Under the pieces are notes generated by a model. The model was not told where the DNA came from and ran no database searches. It was given only the letters and a program-made list of their open reading frames with translations. The translations under genes were made by a program, and so were the position numbers. This document shows, in pieces, positions 53,276-61,312 of a stretch of DNA of 64,000 nucleotides (its first letter is position 1; each line of letters begins with the position of its first letter). The stretch spans positions 26,587-90,586 of the forward strand of contig JAGAPD010000033.1 of NCBI GenBank assembly GCA_017623435.1, in the 5' to 3' direction. This DNA is from Clostridia bacterium. GTDB lineage: Bacteria; Bacillota; Clostridia; Christensenellales; Pumilibacteraceae.

Positions 53276-55432
53276 CTATTCAATTAAGAAAAATGCAGAC
53301 TGACGTCCTTTGTACGAGCACGGGAGCGCGTCGGTATCGACAAATCTTTCGCCCGTAAAAAGATTAACGGCAGTTACTTTTTTGGGCATTTTTAGAGTGC
53401 CGTCAAAGTCGCAGGGAGAAGTTACGAAAATAAATCTACTGTCGGCATTAATGCTAAATTTTTCATCCGCATAGATATGCACGCCTGCGCTTTTCATTAT
53501 CGTGCGAAGGTCGGCTAAATCCAAAATTTCAGGGAGCGCACAGTAAATTTCGTTACCCCTTCTTACAGTCATAGCCTCGCCAGAAGAATAACGCTTAATC
53601 ACTTCTACTCCGTCGCTACGAACGAAGATAAGGGGGATATTATTCTTAGGAAATTCGGGAAGGGGTTGGACGTTATCAAGTAAGCCAAGCGAAAGACCGA
53701 TAAAATCTTCGATATTTTGCAATTCCGCCTTCTTGCCGTCAAAAACAGCAGGCGCAAAGTCGAACATCACGGTAGCGCCAGGGCTTATTTTGTCCTTTAT
53801 TTTTGCATAAGTATCACGCGTTTCGACAAACGGGTTCATAAATATAATGAGTTTATATCCACTTAAATCGATAGTGTCAAGGTCGCACCTACGGAACGTG
53901 TCAACAGGCGCTCCACATTCCTTAATCTTCGTTCCAAGGTCGTAAACGCTCAAAGAATTAAAGGTGTGATAGGGGCGCATTTGGTGCATTACTTCGTCGT
54001 CAAGCACGAGAAGAATTTCCGTTACTGATTTTTGCTCGCGCTTTGATAGAAGTTTTGCCGTGTCACCAATAAAGGTCATTTCCGCTAAAATTTCTTCGTC
54101 GTCGTACCAGCCACCCATAAGGTCCATAAACCAGTAACCTTGGTTGGCGGAAAGATTTTTAGTGAATTCTCGCCAAAGCGCCGAACGAGTTTCACTCATA
54201 TTCCTGGCGATATTGCAGTCAGCGTTAGTCGCTGCGTGAGTACGGTTATCCACTTCGTCAAGCCATAATTTTTTAAGGTTTATCGACTGAGTTATTGCTT
54301 GTGGAAACCCGGGATCGCCACTATCTACTCGCCAATAACCTTTTGGCCCTGATACAAAATCAACGTTTTTAGAGGACAAAAGTTTATCGATAGCAAGGTG
54401 TCCACTATCGCAAGAATTATGTATTGCTATGATGTAGCCGTAAAAAGCGCCTGCGAGTTTATCAGCAGTTTCTTCTTTTATAATCGAACAAAAATGATCG
54501 ATAGCGTCAGCGTTATTTTCGGATATAAAGCGTGAGTAAAGTTCGCTAGGTTTTTCTCCTGCCGTCTCGTAAAAAATAGCGGAAAAAGTTTTGTCCTTTA
54601 CCGCCGTTAAAATGGTCGGTACGTCACAAACAACGGTGTCTTTATCTTTTATTACTTCACGTTCAATGGGAGTAGGCACACGATCCACTTCTACGCCACG
54701 CTCACGCGCATACTCAATGAATTTTTTGGTAGTGTTTATGCCATAATCGCCGTGAAATTCAAGTTCGTTTTCCCACGCACCCCACATTGAAGTTTCTCCG
54801 CACATTCCGTAAGTTACGTGGTAACCGATAATGCGGTCAGCGTATGGCAAACTTTCTATATGGCGAACGAGTTTTCTTATCGCCTCGCCTGCATCCTTTC
54901 TCCAACGGTCAGAGCAAAAACTTTGCATACAAATTTTTACTAATGGCGCACCGTTTTCCCTTACTCCTCTGTTTTCGCTATTGGGAAAGCCCAGTTTGTC
55001 GTGATATTTAGTGTCCACTAATGCTCTGATTTCTTCAGCCGTTTTAGGTCCGTGTGAGTACACGTGTACGTCTTCGGGGTACTTTTTACACCAGTCGATA
55101 GGCGCGTTAAAACGGATACGCGGAATTAAATAAGCATTAGGTACAGTCTCAAAAAAGCGATTAATTTGAAAATCCACGCAAGAATAGTCAAAGTCGTCTA
55201 CACCCATCCAACCGTTGTGAATTATAACCGAAAACACTTCGATCCCACTATCGTATATATTTTTTACCGTCGTAGCGTACTTGTCCGAATCTTTTTGCGC
55301 ATCAAAGAGAGCATCCTCAATGGAGTAATAATTTGTTGAATCACCACCATCACACCATTTCGCCCAAAAGATAGGGTTTTTACGAAGGTAATCAATTTTT
55401 TGCTCTTTAGTTAATTCATTTAATTTAGCCAT
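53276..55432 (-). CDS. Cytoplasmic TIM-barrel glycoside-hydrolase-like protein (GH42-like organisation), function uncertain
   Basis: 718-aa ORF without a signal peptide. The N-terminal half (NGWMGVDDFDYSCVDFQINRFFETVPNAYLIPRIRFNAPIDWCKKYPED) resembles GH42-type barrels. The later YKLIIFMNPFV region resembles the amidotransferase-like trimerisation domain. Similarity was judged by eye only. Confidence 0.35.
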   Translation of the reverse strand: MAKLNELTKEQKIDYLRKNPIFWAKWCDGGDSTNYYSIEDALFDAQKDSDKYATTVKNIYDSGIEVFSVIIHNGWMGVDDFDYSCVDFQINRFFETVPNAYLIPRIRFNAPIDWCKKYPEDVHVYSHGPKTAEEIRALVDTKYHDKLGFPNSENRGVRENGAPLVKICMQSFCSDRWRKDAGEAIRKLVRHIESLPYADRIIGYHVTYGMCGETSMWGAWENELEFHGDYGINTTKKFIEYARERGVEVDRVPTPIEREVIKDKDTVVCDVPTILTAVKDKTFSAIFYETAGEKPSELYSRFISENNADAIDHFCSIIKEETADKLAGAFYGYIIAIHNSCDSGHLAIDKLLSSKNVDFVSGPKGYWRVDSGDPGFPQAITQSINLKKLWLDEVDNRTHAATNADCNIARNMSETRSALWREFTKNLSANQGYWFMDLMGGWYDDEEILAEMTFIGDTAKLLSKREQKSVTEILLVLDDEVMHQMRPYHTFNSLSVYDLGTKIKECGAPVDTFRRCDLDTIDLSGYKLIIFMNPFVETRDTYAKIKDKISPGATVMFDFAPAVFDGKKAELQNIEDFIGLSLGLLDNVQPLPEFPKNNIPLIFVRSDGVEVIKRYSSGEAMTVRRGNEIYCALPEILDLADLRTIMKSAGVHIYADEKFSINADSRFIFVTSPCDFDGTLKMPKKVTAVNLFTGERFVDTDALPCSYKGRQSAFFLIE

Positions 55433-55469
55433 AATCGTTTTCCCTTAAAAGTATAATTCACTCAAAAGA

Positions 55470-55498
55470 ATTATAACACAACTAAATACAAAATTCAA
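55470..55498 (-). promoter_or_regulatory. Promoter (TTGAAT-N17-TATAAT)
   Basis: Minus strand TTGAAT (55498..55493) and TATAAT (55475..55470). Confidence 0.6.
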
Positions 55499-55544
55499 TA
55501 ACAAATCGGGCTTTTATTGAAAAAAATCAGTCGCATCACAAAAA

Positions 55545-55580
55545 CAAAAAGAGTAAGCACGAAAAGTACCTACTCTTTTT
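55545..55580 (-). terminator. Terminator element copy 2 (AGAGTAGGTAC-TTTTC-GTGCTTACTCT on minus strand)
   Basis: Begins directly after the TAA stop of 55580..56044. All 11 pairs form on the minus strand (two G-U pairs), followed by a T-run. Confidence 0.8.
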
Positions 55581-56044
55581 TAATACCATAAATTGACGAC
55601 TGTTTTTTCTTTTTGCCTTTTTGCGTAATTATATGCTTTATACGCCCCACTATTTTCGCGATTTTCAGCGTAAAAAATAACGTAGTCACTTTCGCTTATC
55701 ATTGCACAATTTCTATAATATATGCTTTTATACCACCCCGAAAAAGCAGGAACTATATATTTTACTTCGTCATAATCGGCGCGGTTAAAATATCTAACGT
55801 TTTTATATAAGTATCGTTCTTGCGAAACACAATAAACTCGCTTTATTTCACAAAAATTATTTCTTTTTATTTGGGTAACGATATCGTAACAAAGCCTGTC
55901 AAAATCCCCGTATCCGCCAAAATAGAACGTACCGCAACCAAACTCGATTGTCTTTTCTATTTCCTCGGTAATTCTTTCTTTTAGTGCGTCCGTTACTCGT
56001 ATATCTCTATGTCCAAAAAAAGAACAAACTTTATCTCTTCCCAT
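55580..56044 (-). CDS. SLOG-superfamily (DUF1273-like) protein
   Basis: 154 aa. VCSFFGHRDI, FYFGGYGDFDRLC and YYRNCAMISESDYVIFYAENRENSGAYKAYNYAKRQ fit the DUF1273/SLOG pattern. No clear Shine-Dalgarno sequence lies close to the ATG. Confidence 0.6.
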   Translation of the reverse strand: MGRDKVCSFFGHRDIRVTDALKERITEEIEKTIEFGCGTFYFGGYGDFDRLCYDIVTQIKRNNFCEIKRVYCVSQERYLYKNVRYFNRADYDEVKYIVPAFSGWYKSIYYRNCAMISESDYVIFYAENRENSGAYKAYNYAKRQKEKTVVNLWY

Positions 56045-56233
56045 AAAAAATAAGGTGCCACCCCTTGCGAGATGACACCGTAGTACACCTCTCGCATAGT
56101 TGTCACACTATCAGAACATCCGTTTAAAAGAGATATCTTGCGATACAGTATAGCTACCAAAAAATATGGTATCCCTTTTAAATGGGTATAATACACCCAT
56201 ACGGATGCTTTTTAATATTCTGTTAGTGTGACG
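56045..56233 (-). promoter_or_regulatory. About 190-nt structured 5' leader of the SLOG gene (candidate cis-regulatory RNA)
   Basis: A long-range stem pairs 56102..56122 with 56202..56207 plus 56218..56232. It encloses hairpins ATGGGT-N7-ACCCAT and a 13-bp helix TTTAAAAGGGATA / TATCTCTTTTAAA. A further hairpin GCGAGA-N17-TCTCGC and a GGGGTGG/CACC element lie next to the ATG. Confidence 0.45.
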
Positions 56234-56238
56234 ATAAT

Positions 56239-56267
56239 ATTATAGCACCTCTTTTTCTTTTTTTCAA
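56239..56267 (-). promoter_or_regulatory. Promoter of the SLOG gene (TTGAAA-N17-TATAAT)
   Basis: Minus strand TTGAAA (56267..56262) and TATAAT (56244..56239). Confidence 0.6.
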
Positions 56268-56300
56268 CAAAATACAACGAAAAATAGAATTTTTTTTAGC

Positions 56301-56338
56301 AAAAAAGAGCAAGTACGAAAAGTACCTACTCTTTTTTT
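56301..56338 (-). terminator. Terminator element copy 3 (AGAGTAGGTAC-TTTTC-GTACTTGCTCT on minus strand)
   Basis: 11-bp stem, fully paired on the minus strand (two G-U pairs), followed by a T6-7 run. It is downstream of 56499..58218. Confidence 0.8.
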
Positions 56339-56498
56339 GTTTAATAAAGTATTGCGACGTATATTATACGCCAAGGCGCTATGAGATACAAGCAAGACGA
56401 AGAACGTGCGGATTTCCGAAGGGCGCGTACTATTTCGTATGTAACCGAACGGAAAACGTAAACGTTCTAAAGTATTTCGACGCATATCACACGCCGAC

Positions 56499-57503
56499 TT
56501 ACTTGTTGAAAGCCTCTTCTACCGCTACCGCACAAGCTACGGATGCGCCAACCATGGGGTTGTTACCCATACCGATAAGTCCCATCATTTCTACGTGAGC
56601 AGGAACGGAGGACGAGCCTGCGAACTGTGCGTCGGAGTGCATTCTGCCCATCGTGTCGGTCATACCGTAGGATGCAGGACCTGCAGCCATGTTATCGGGA
56701 TGGAGCGTACGACCAGTACCGCCACCACTTGCTACGGAGAAGTACTTAACGCCGTTTTCAACGCATTCCTTTTTGTACGTACCAGCAACGGGGTGTTGGA
56801 AACGCGTGGGGTTGGTGGAGTTACCCGTGATGGAAACGCCTACCTTTTCCTGCCACATAATCTTAACGCCTTCGCGAACGTCGTCAGCGCCGTAGCAACG
56901 AACCTTTGCTCTCTCGCCGTCGGAGTAAGCGGTTTCGTTTACGATTTCGAGCTTGTCGTTGAAGTAATCCATCTTGGTCTGAACGTAGGTAAAGCCGTTG
57001 ATTCTGGAAATAATCATACCGGCGTCCTTACCAAGACCGTTCAAGATAACGCGAAGGGGAGTTTTACGAACCTTGTTCGCGCTCTTTGCGATACCGATTG
57101 CGCCCTCTGCAGCCGCGAAAGATTCGTGACCAGCAAGGAAGCAGAAGCATTCGGTTTCTTCTTCAAGAAGCATTGCAGCGAGGTTACCGTGACCAAGACC
57201 TACTTTTCTCTGCTCAGCAACCGAGCCGGGAATACAGAAAGCCTGAAGTCCTTCACCAATAGCGCGAGCAGCGTCAGCAGCCTTGGTGCAACCTTTCTTT
57301 ACTGCGATAGCGCATCCAAGAACGTAAGCCCACTTTGCGTTTTCAAAGCAGATGTTCTGAATGCCCTGAGTGATTTCATAGGGGTTAAAGCCCATATCGG
57401 TACAAATTTTGAGCGCGTCGTCAAAATCCTTGATACCGTATTGTGCCATAATAGCAGAGGTTTTTGCCTCTCTTCTTTCATATCCTTCAAAACTTACAGC
57501 CAT
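56499..57503 (-). CDS. GGGtGRT family protein (uncharacterised conserved family)
   Basis: 334 aa containing the eponymous motif in FSVASGGGTGRTLHPDN. The length matches the family. Confidence 0.8.
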   Translation of the reverse strand: MAVSFEGYERREAKTSAIMAQYGIKDFDDALKICTDMGFNPYEITQGIQNICFENAKWAYVLGCAIAVKKGCTKAADAARAIGEGLQAFCIPGSVAEQRKVGLGHGNLAAMLLEEETECFCFLAGHESFAAAEGAIGIAKSANKVRKTPLRVILNGLGKDAGMIISRINGFTYVQTKMDYFNDKLEIVNETAYSDGERAKVRCYGADDVREGVKIMWQEKVGVSITGNSTNPTRFQHPVAGTYKKECVENGVKYFSVASGGGTGRTLHPDNMAAGPASYGMTDTMGRMHSDAQFAGSSSVPAHVEMMGLIGMGNNPMVGASVACAVAVEEAFNK

Positions 57504-57516
57504 TGTCGTTACCTCC

Positions 57517-58218
57517 TTATTCCTTGCGGGGGTCGATAAACTTCACAACGCCTTCTTCAGCGGTGAATCTACCATAGTGACCCGTTGCGGCTTTGAGCGC
57601 GTCGTCAGCGGAAACGCCTGCTTTAATCTTGTCAAGCATTACGCCGAGCTTGATGTACTCGTAACCTACTACCTGATTGTTCTTATCAAGAGCAAGCTTG
57701 GTGATATATCCTTCGGTAAGTTCAAGATAGCGTACGCCCTTCTCTTCCGTTCCGTAAATCGTACCCGTCATAGAACGCTCGCCTTTGCCGAGGTCTTCAA
57801 GACCTGCGCCGATTACGAGACCGCCTTCAGAGAAAGCAGATTGCGTTCTGCCGTAAACGATCTGAAGGAAAAGCTCACGCATTGCGGTGTTGATTGCGTC
57901 GCAAACGAGGTCGGTGTTGAGCGCTTCTAAAAGCGTCTTGCCGGGGAGAATTTCGCCTGCCATTGCAGCCGAGTGAGTCATACCCGAGCAACCGATAGTC
58001 TCAACGAGGGCTTCGCGAATAATTCCGCCCTTAACGTTAAGGCTGAGTTTGCACGCGCCTTGTTGGGGAGCACACCAACCGATACCGTGCGTGTAACCGT
58101 TAATGTCCGAAATCTGGTAAGCTTGTACCCATTGTCCTTCTTCAGGAATAGGAGCGGGACCGTGCTTGGGGCCCTTGGCTACGCAGACCATTCTTTCTAC
58201 TTCTTTAGAAAACTGCAT
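57517..58218 (-). CDS. NifU/IscU-like Fe-S scaffold-domain protein
   Basis: GWCAPQQGACKLSLNVKGGIIREALVETIGCSGMTHSAAMAGEILPGKTLLEAL follows the IscU three-cysteine pattern. The start is taken as ATG at 58218, because GGAGGA sits 4 nt upstream within the longer ORF. Confidence 0.65.
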   Translation of the reverse strand: MQFSKEVERMVCVAKGPKHGPAPIPEEGQWVQAYQISDINGYTHGIGWCAPQQGACKLSLNVKGGIIREALVETIGCSGMTHSAAMAGEILPGKTLLEALNTDLVCDAINTAMRELFLQIVYGRTQSAFSEGGLVIGAGLEDLGKGERSMTGTIYGTEEKGVRYLELTEGYITKLALDKNNQVVGYEYIKLGVMLDKIKAGVSADDALKAATGHYGRFTAEEGVVKFIDPRKE

Positions 58219-58256
58219 AATATCCTCCATTGATGAGATTTTTTTCTACCATTGAT

Positions 58257-58285
58257 TATTATAGCATACCAAAAAAATTTATTCA
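58257..58285 (-). promoter_or_regulatory. Promoter (TTGAAT-N17-TATAAT)
   Basis: Minus strand TTGAAT (58285..58280) and TATAAT (58262..58257). Confidence 0.6.
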
Positions 58286-58328
58286 ACTGTTTTTAGGGCA
58301 ATATTCTTGATTTTTCGCCCCGAAAAAA

Positions 58329-58357
58329 TTGCTTTTTTTCTTAATCCGTTGTATAAT
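58329..58357 (+). promoter_or_regulatory. Promoter of galE (TTGCTT-N17-TATAAT)
   Basis: TTGCTT at 58329..58334 and TATAAT at 58352..58357. Confidence 0.6.
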
Positions 58358-58385
58358 ATAGACGAAACACTACTTGGAGGACATT

Positions 58386-59405
58386 ATGGATAAGAAAATT
58401 TTAGTTACCGGTGGCGCTGGCTACATTGCGTCTCATACCGAAGTCGAACTTCTTAACCGCGGTTACGAAGTTATTGCTTTTGACAACATGGTCAATTCGT
58501 GCGACGAGTCTATTAAGCGCGTTGAGCAAATCACGGGAAAGAAAATTAAATTCTACAACGCTGATATGCGCGACCGCGACGCTATGGAAAAAATCTTTTC
58601 CGAAAACGAAATCGACAGCGTTATTTACTTTGCCGGCTTAAAAGCGGTCGGCGAAAGCGTCAGCAAGCCCCTTGAATATTACGATAACAATATTTACGGC
58701 ACTCTCGTTCTTCTCGACGTTATGAGAAAGCACGGCGTTAAGAAAATCGTCTTCTCTTCTTCCGCTACCGTTTACGGCACGCCCGAAAGACTTCCTCTTG
58801 ACGAAACCTGCTCGCTTTCGACCACTAACCCTTACGGCTCGACCAAGCTTATGCTTGAAAACATTTTGCAGGATCTTTACGTTTCTGATAAAGAATGGAA
58901 TATCGTTCTTCTCCGCTACTTCAACCCCGTTGGCGCACACGAAAGCGGTCTCATCGGCGAAGATCCCAAAGGTATTCCTAACAACCTCGCGCCCTTTATT
59001 GCAAAGGTTGCAGGCGGAAAGCTTCCTTGCGTAAACGTTTTCGGTAACGACTACGACACCCCCGACGGAACGGGCGTTAGAGACTACATTCACGTGGTTG
59101 ACCTTGCTCTCGGTCACGTTAAGGCGATTGAGAACGTTAGCGAAAAGGGCGTTCATATCTTTAACCTTGGTACGGGCAACGGCTACTCCGTATTACAGAT
59201 GATCAAGGCGTTTGAAAAGGCGTGCGGTCACGAAATCCCCTACAAGATTTGCCCCCGTCGCCCCGGCGATATTGCTGCTTGCTACGCGAGCGTTGACAAG
59301 GCGAAAAACGAGCTTGGTTGGGAAGCAACGCTTGGCGTAGACGAGATGTGTGCGTCTATGTGGAAATGGCAAACTCAAAACCCCGACGGCTACAACAAAC
59401 AGTAA
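58386..59405 (+). CDS. galE: UDP-glucose 4-epimerase
   Basis: MDKKILVTGGAGYIASHT, SSSATVYG and YGSTKLMLE (YxxxK). The start is set at ATG 58386, because TTGGAGGACATT upstream supplies the RBS. Confidence 0.93.
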   Translation: MDKKILVTGGAGYIASHTEVELLNRGYEVIAFDNMVNSCDESIKRVEQITGKKIKFYNADMRDRDAMEKIFSENEIDSVIYFAGLKAVGESVSKPLEYYDNNIYGTLVLLDVMRKHGVKKIVFSSSATVYGTPERLPLDETCSLSTTNPYGSTKLMLENILQDLYVSDKEWNIVLLRYFNPVGAHESGLIGEDPKGIPNNLAPFIAKVAGGKLPCVNVFGNDYDTPDGTGVRDYIHVVDLALGHVKAIENVSEKGVHIFNLGTGNGYSVLQMIKAFEKACGHEIPYKICPRRPGDIAACYASVDKAKNELGWEATLGVDEMCASMWKWQTQNPDGYNKQ

Positions 59406-59428
59406 AAAATACCGCAGAATATAGCAAA

Positions 59429-59450
59429 ACGGCAAGGTACGTACCCTGCC
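59429..59450. terminator. Palindromic bidirectional terminator with ACGT apex (CGGCAAGGT-ACGT-ACCCTGCCG)
   Basis: Between convergent galE and the PRTase gene. A T6 run follows on the plus strand. It is fully paired (G-U) on the minus strand. Confidence 0.8.
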
Positions 59451-59476
59451 GTTTTTTGTTTTTCATTCTTATTCGA

Positions 59477-60013
59477 TTATAAAAGAGGAATCGTTTCGAG
59501 GAAGATGATATCACTTCTCTTCGCAGCCTCGCCCTCGGCTAAAACCATTGCCTTTTGAGTGATAATACCGCCCGCTTTTTCAACGAGCATTTCCATTCCC
59601 TTAAGCGATCCGCCGAGCGAAATTACGTCGTCCACGATACCTACCTTTTTGCCCTTAAGGAGCGCGGCGTCGTGAGCGGAAAGGTAAAGCGTTTGTTCTC
59701 CGCCCGTCGTAATGGAATTAACGGTAACGGAAATGCCGTCCTGCATATAAAGCTTTTTAACCTTTCTTGCAACGGCGTATTTTTCGTGACCAAGCTCGCG
59801 CGCTACTACGTGGGTAAGCTGAAGTCCTTTACTCTCCGCCGTGATAAGAACGTCCACTCCGCTTATTCTTTTTGCAAGCTCTTTGCCACAGTATTCGGTA
59901 AGGTCCTGATTGCCGTGAAGATTAAAAAACGCAATCTTTACGCCCGAGGGAAGCTCAAGCACGGGAAGATCTTCTTTTCTTCCGCATATATTGATAGTGT
60001 AATATTCTGCCAT
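59477..60013 (-). CDS. Type I phosphoribosyltransferase family protein
   Basis: 178 aa. The PRPP-binding loop is KKVGIVDDVISLGGSL. Confidence 0.7.
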   Translation of the reverse strand: MAEYYTINICGRKEDLPVLELPSGVKIAFFNLHGNQDLTEYCGKELAKRISGVDVLITAESKGLQLTHVVARELGHEKYAVARKVKKLYMQDGISVTVNSITTGGEQTLYLSAHDAALLKGKKVGIVDDVISLGGSLKGMEMLVEKAGGIITQKAMVLAEGEAAKRSDIIFLETIPLL

Positions 60014-60144
60014 CTTTTTTCTCCTTTTCTTTTGTCACTTATATTATAGACCTTTTATTTTGATAAGTCAATTTTTATGGGGCAATTTTTTTAAGTTTTA
60101 CTTTTTTCTATCGCGAGATAACGGCAAAATTACGCTCATTTGCG

Positions 60145-60173
60145 TTGACATATCCAGTTAAAATGGTTATAAT
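60145..60173 (+). promoter_or_regulatory. Promoter of marR-cysE-cysS (TTGACA-N17-TATAAT)
   Basis: TTGACA at 60145..60150 and TATAAT at 60168..60173. Confidence 0.7.
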
Positions 60174-60183
60174 ATAATAAGTA

Positions 60184-60200
60184 ATGTACTTTTAGTACAT
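60184..60200. promoter_or_regulatory. Palindromic operator candidate ATGTACT-TTT-AGTACAT
   Basis: 7-bp perfect inverted arms, placed 11-27 nt after the -10 hexamer and directly upstream of the MarR-family gene. Confidence 0.5.
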
Positions 60201-60229
60201 CCACCTAAGAAAATCCCTTGGAGGTTAGC

Positions 60230-60652
60230 GTGTACGAACTTTCTGACAGTTTGATAGAACTTCGCCTTGCGACGCGTCGTGCGTGTATGTGCGAAAGCGA
60301 TAACGGAGCAAAAAAGAACACTTTGTCGCTCAAAACGAAGGTGCTTTTTTTGATAGCGAAAAACTATAATTCGCGTGAAATCCTGTCTACCCTGCTTATC
60401 GCTAAAACTAACCTTGCCTTGCTCACTCGCGAAATGGCTAACGAGGGACTTATCGAAAAGACCAAGGGCGAAATCGACCGTCGTGAGGTCTGTTACGCGC
60501 TGACGGCAAAGGGCGCGCAGTACCTTAACGAGCGCAAAAAAAGTATTGAGGACAGTTTGCCCACTATTTCGGCAAACGACGAGGGCTATAAAAAGGCGGT
60601 TGCGCTGATTGAGAAAGCAATACTGCTTATGGACGGAAAAATTCCCGACTGA
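60230..60652 (+). CDS. MarR-family transcriptional regulator
   Basis: About 140 aa with a winged-HTH pattern (LLIAKTNLALLTREMANEGLIEKTKGEIDRREVCYALTAKG). The start is probably GTG at 60230, after GGAGG. Confidence 0.7.
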   Translation: MYELSDSLIELRLATRRACMCESDNGAKKNTLSLKTKVLFLIAKNYNSREILSTLLIAKTNLALLTREMANEGLIEKTKGEIDRREVCYALTAKGAQYLNERKKSIEDSLPTISANDEGYKKAVALIEKAILLMDGKIPD

Positions 60653-60664
60653 TCGAGAGGATAT

Positions 60665-61294
60665 ATGTTTTCAAAAATCCACAAAGATTTAGCGTCAATA
60701 TTCAAGCATGACCCCGCGGCGAGAAACAAGTTCGAAGTTATTCTGACTTACAGCGGTTTTCACGCGCTCGTTATGTACCGTTTTGCACACTTTATGCATA
60801 TTCACGGCTACAAGCTTATCGCGCGTATCGTTTCGCAGCTCGCAAAGTTTTTGACGGGCATTGAAATTCACCCCGGCGCAAAGATAGGCTACGGCGTATT
60901 TATCGACCACGGCGAGGGTGTCGTTATCGGCGAGACGGCGGTAGTTGGTAACAACGTCGTTATGTACCAAGGCGTTACGCTGGGCGGTACGGGTAAAGAC
61001 AAGGGCAAGCGTCACCCCACCATTGAGGACGGCGTTATGATTAGCGCAGGCGCAAAGATTTTAGGACCTTTTACCGTAGGTAAAAACGCTAAGATCGGCG
61101 CAGGCAGTATCGTGCTTAAAGAAGTGCCTGCAAACGCGACGGTAGTAGGCGTGCCCGGGCGCGTAGTTAAAATCAACGGCGTGAGACTGGACGATCTTGA
61201 CCAAAGCCTTCCAGATCCTATTATGGACGAACTGGGTAAAATCAACAAGCGAATTGACGAACTAAAAAAATTGATTGAAAAGAACAACGACTAA
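60665..61294 (+). CDS. cysE: Serine O-acetyltransferase
   Basis: Hexapeptide repeats are GIEIHPGAKIGYGVFIDHGEGVVIGETAVVGNNVVMYQGVTLGGTG. The N-terminal SATase helix region is present. Confidence 0.9.
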   Translation: MFSKIHKDLASIFKHDPAARNKFEVILTYSGFHALVMYRFAHFMHIHGYKLIARIVSQLAKFLTGIEIHPGAKIGYGVFIDHGEGVVIGETAVVGNNVVMYQGVTLGGTGKDKGKRHPTIEDGVMISAGAKILGPFTVGKNAKIGAGSIVLKEVPANATVVGVPGRVVKINGVRLDDLDQSLPDPIMDELGKINKRIDELKKLIEKNND

Positions 61295-61312
61295 ATAAAG
61301 AGGTATCCACTT

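Noticed and set aside
56264-56485. 73-aa minus-strand ORF (MRRNTLERLRF...)
   Set aside because: It reads straight through a strong intrinsic terminator hairpin, is highly basic and low-complexity, and has no RBS. Its internal similarity merely reflects the DNA direct repeat.
60014-60229. Expected a T-box riboswitch upstream of cysE/cysS
   Set aside because: The leader is too short, and no GGTGGTACCGCG-like T-box sequence or specifier structure is visible. Reported instead as the MarR/operator finding.
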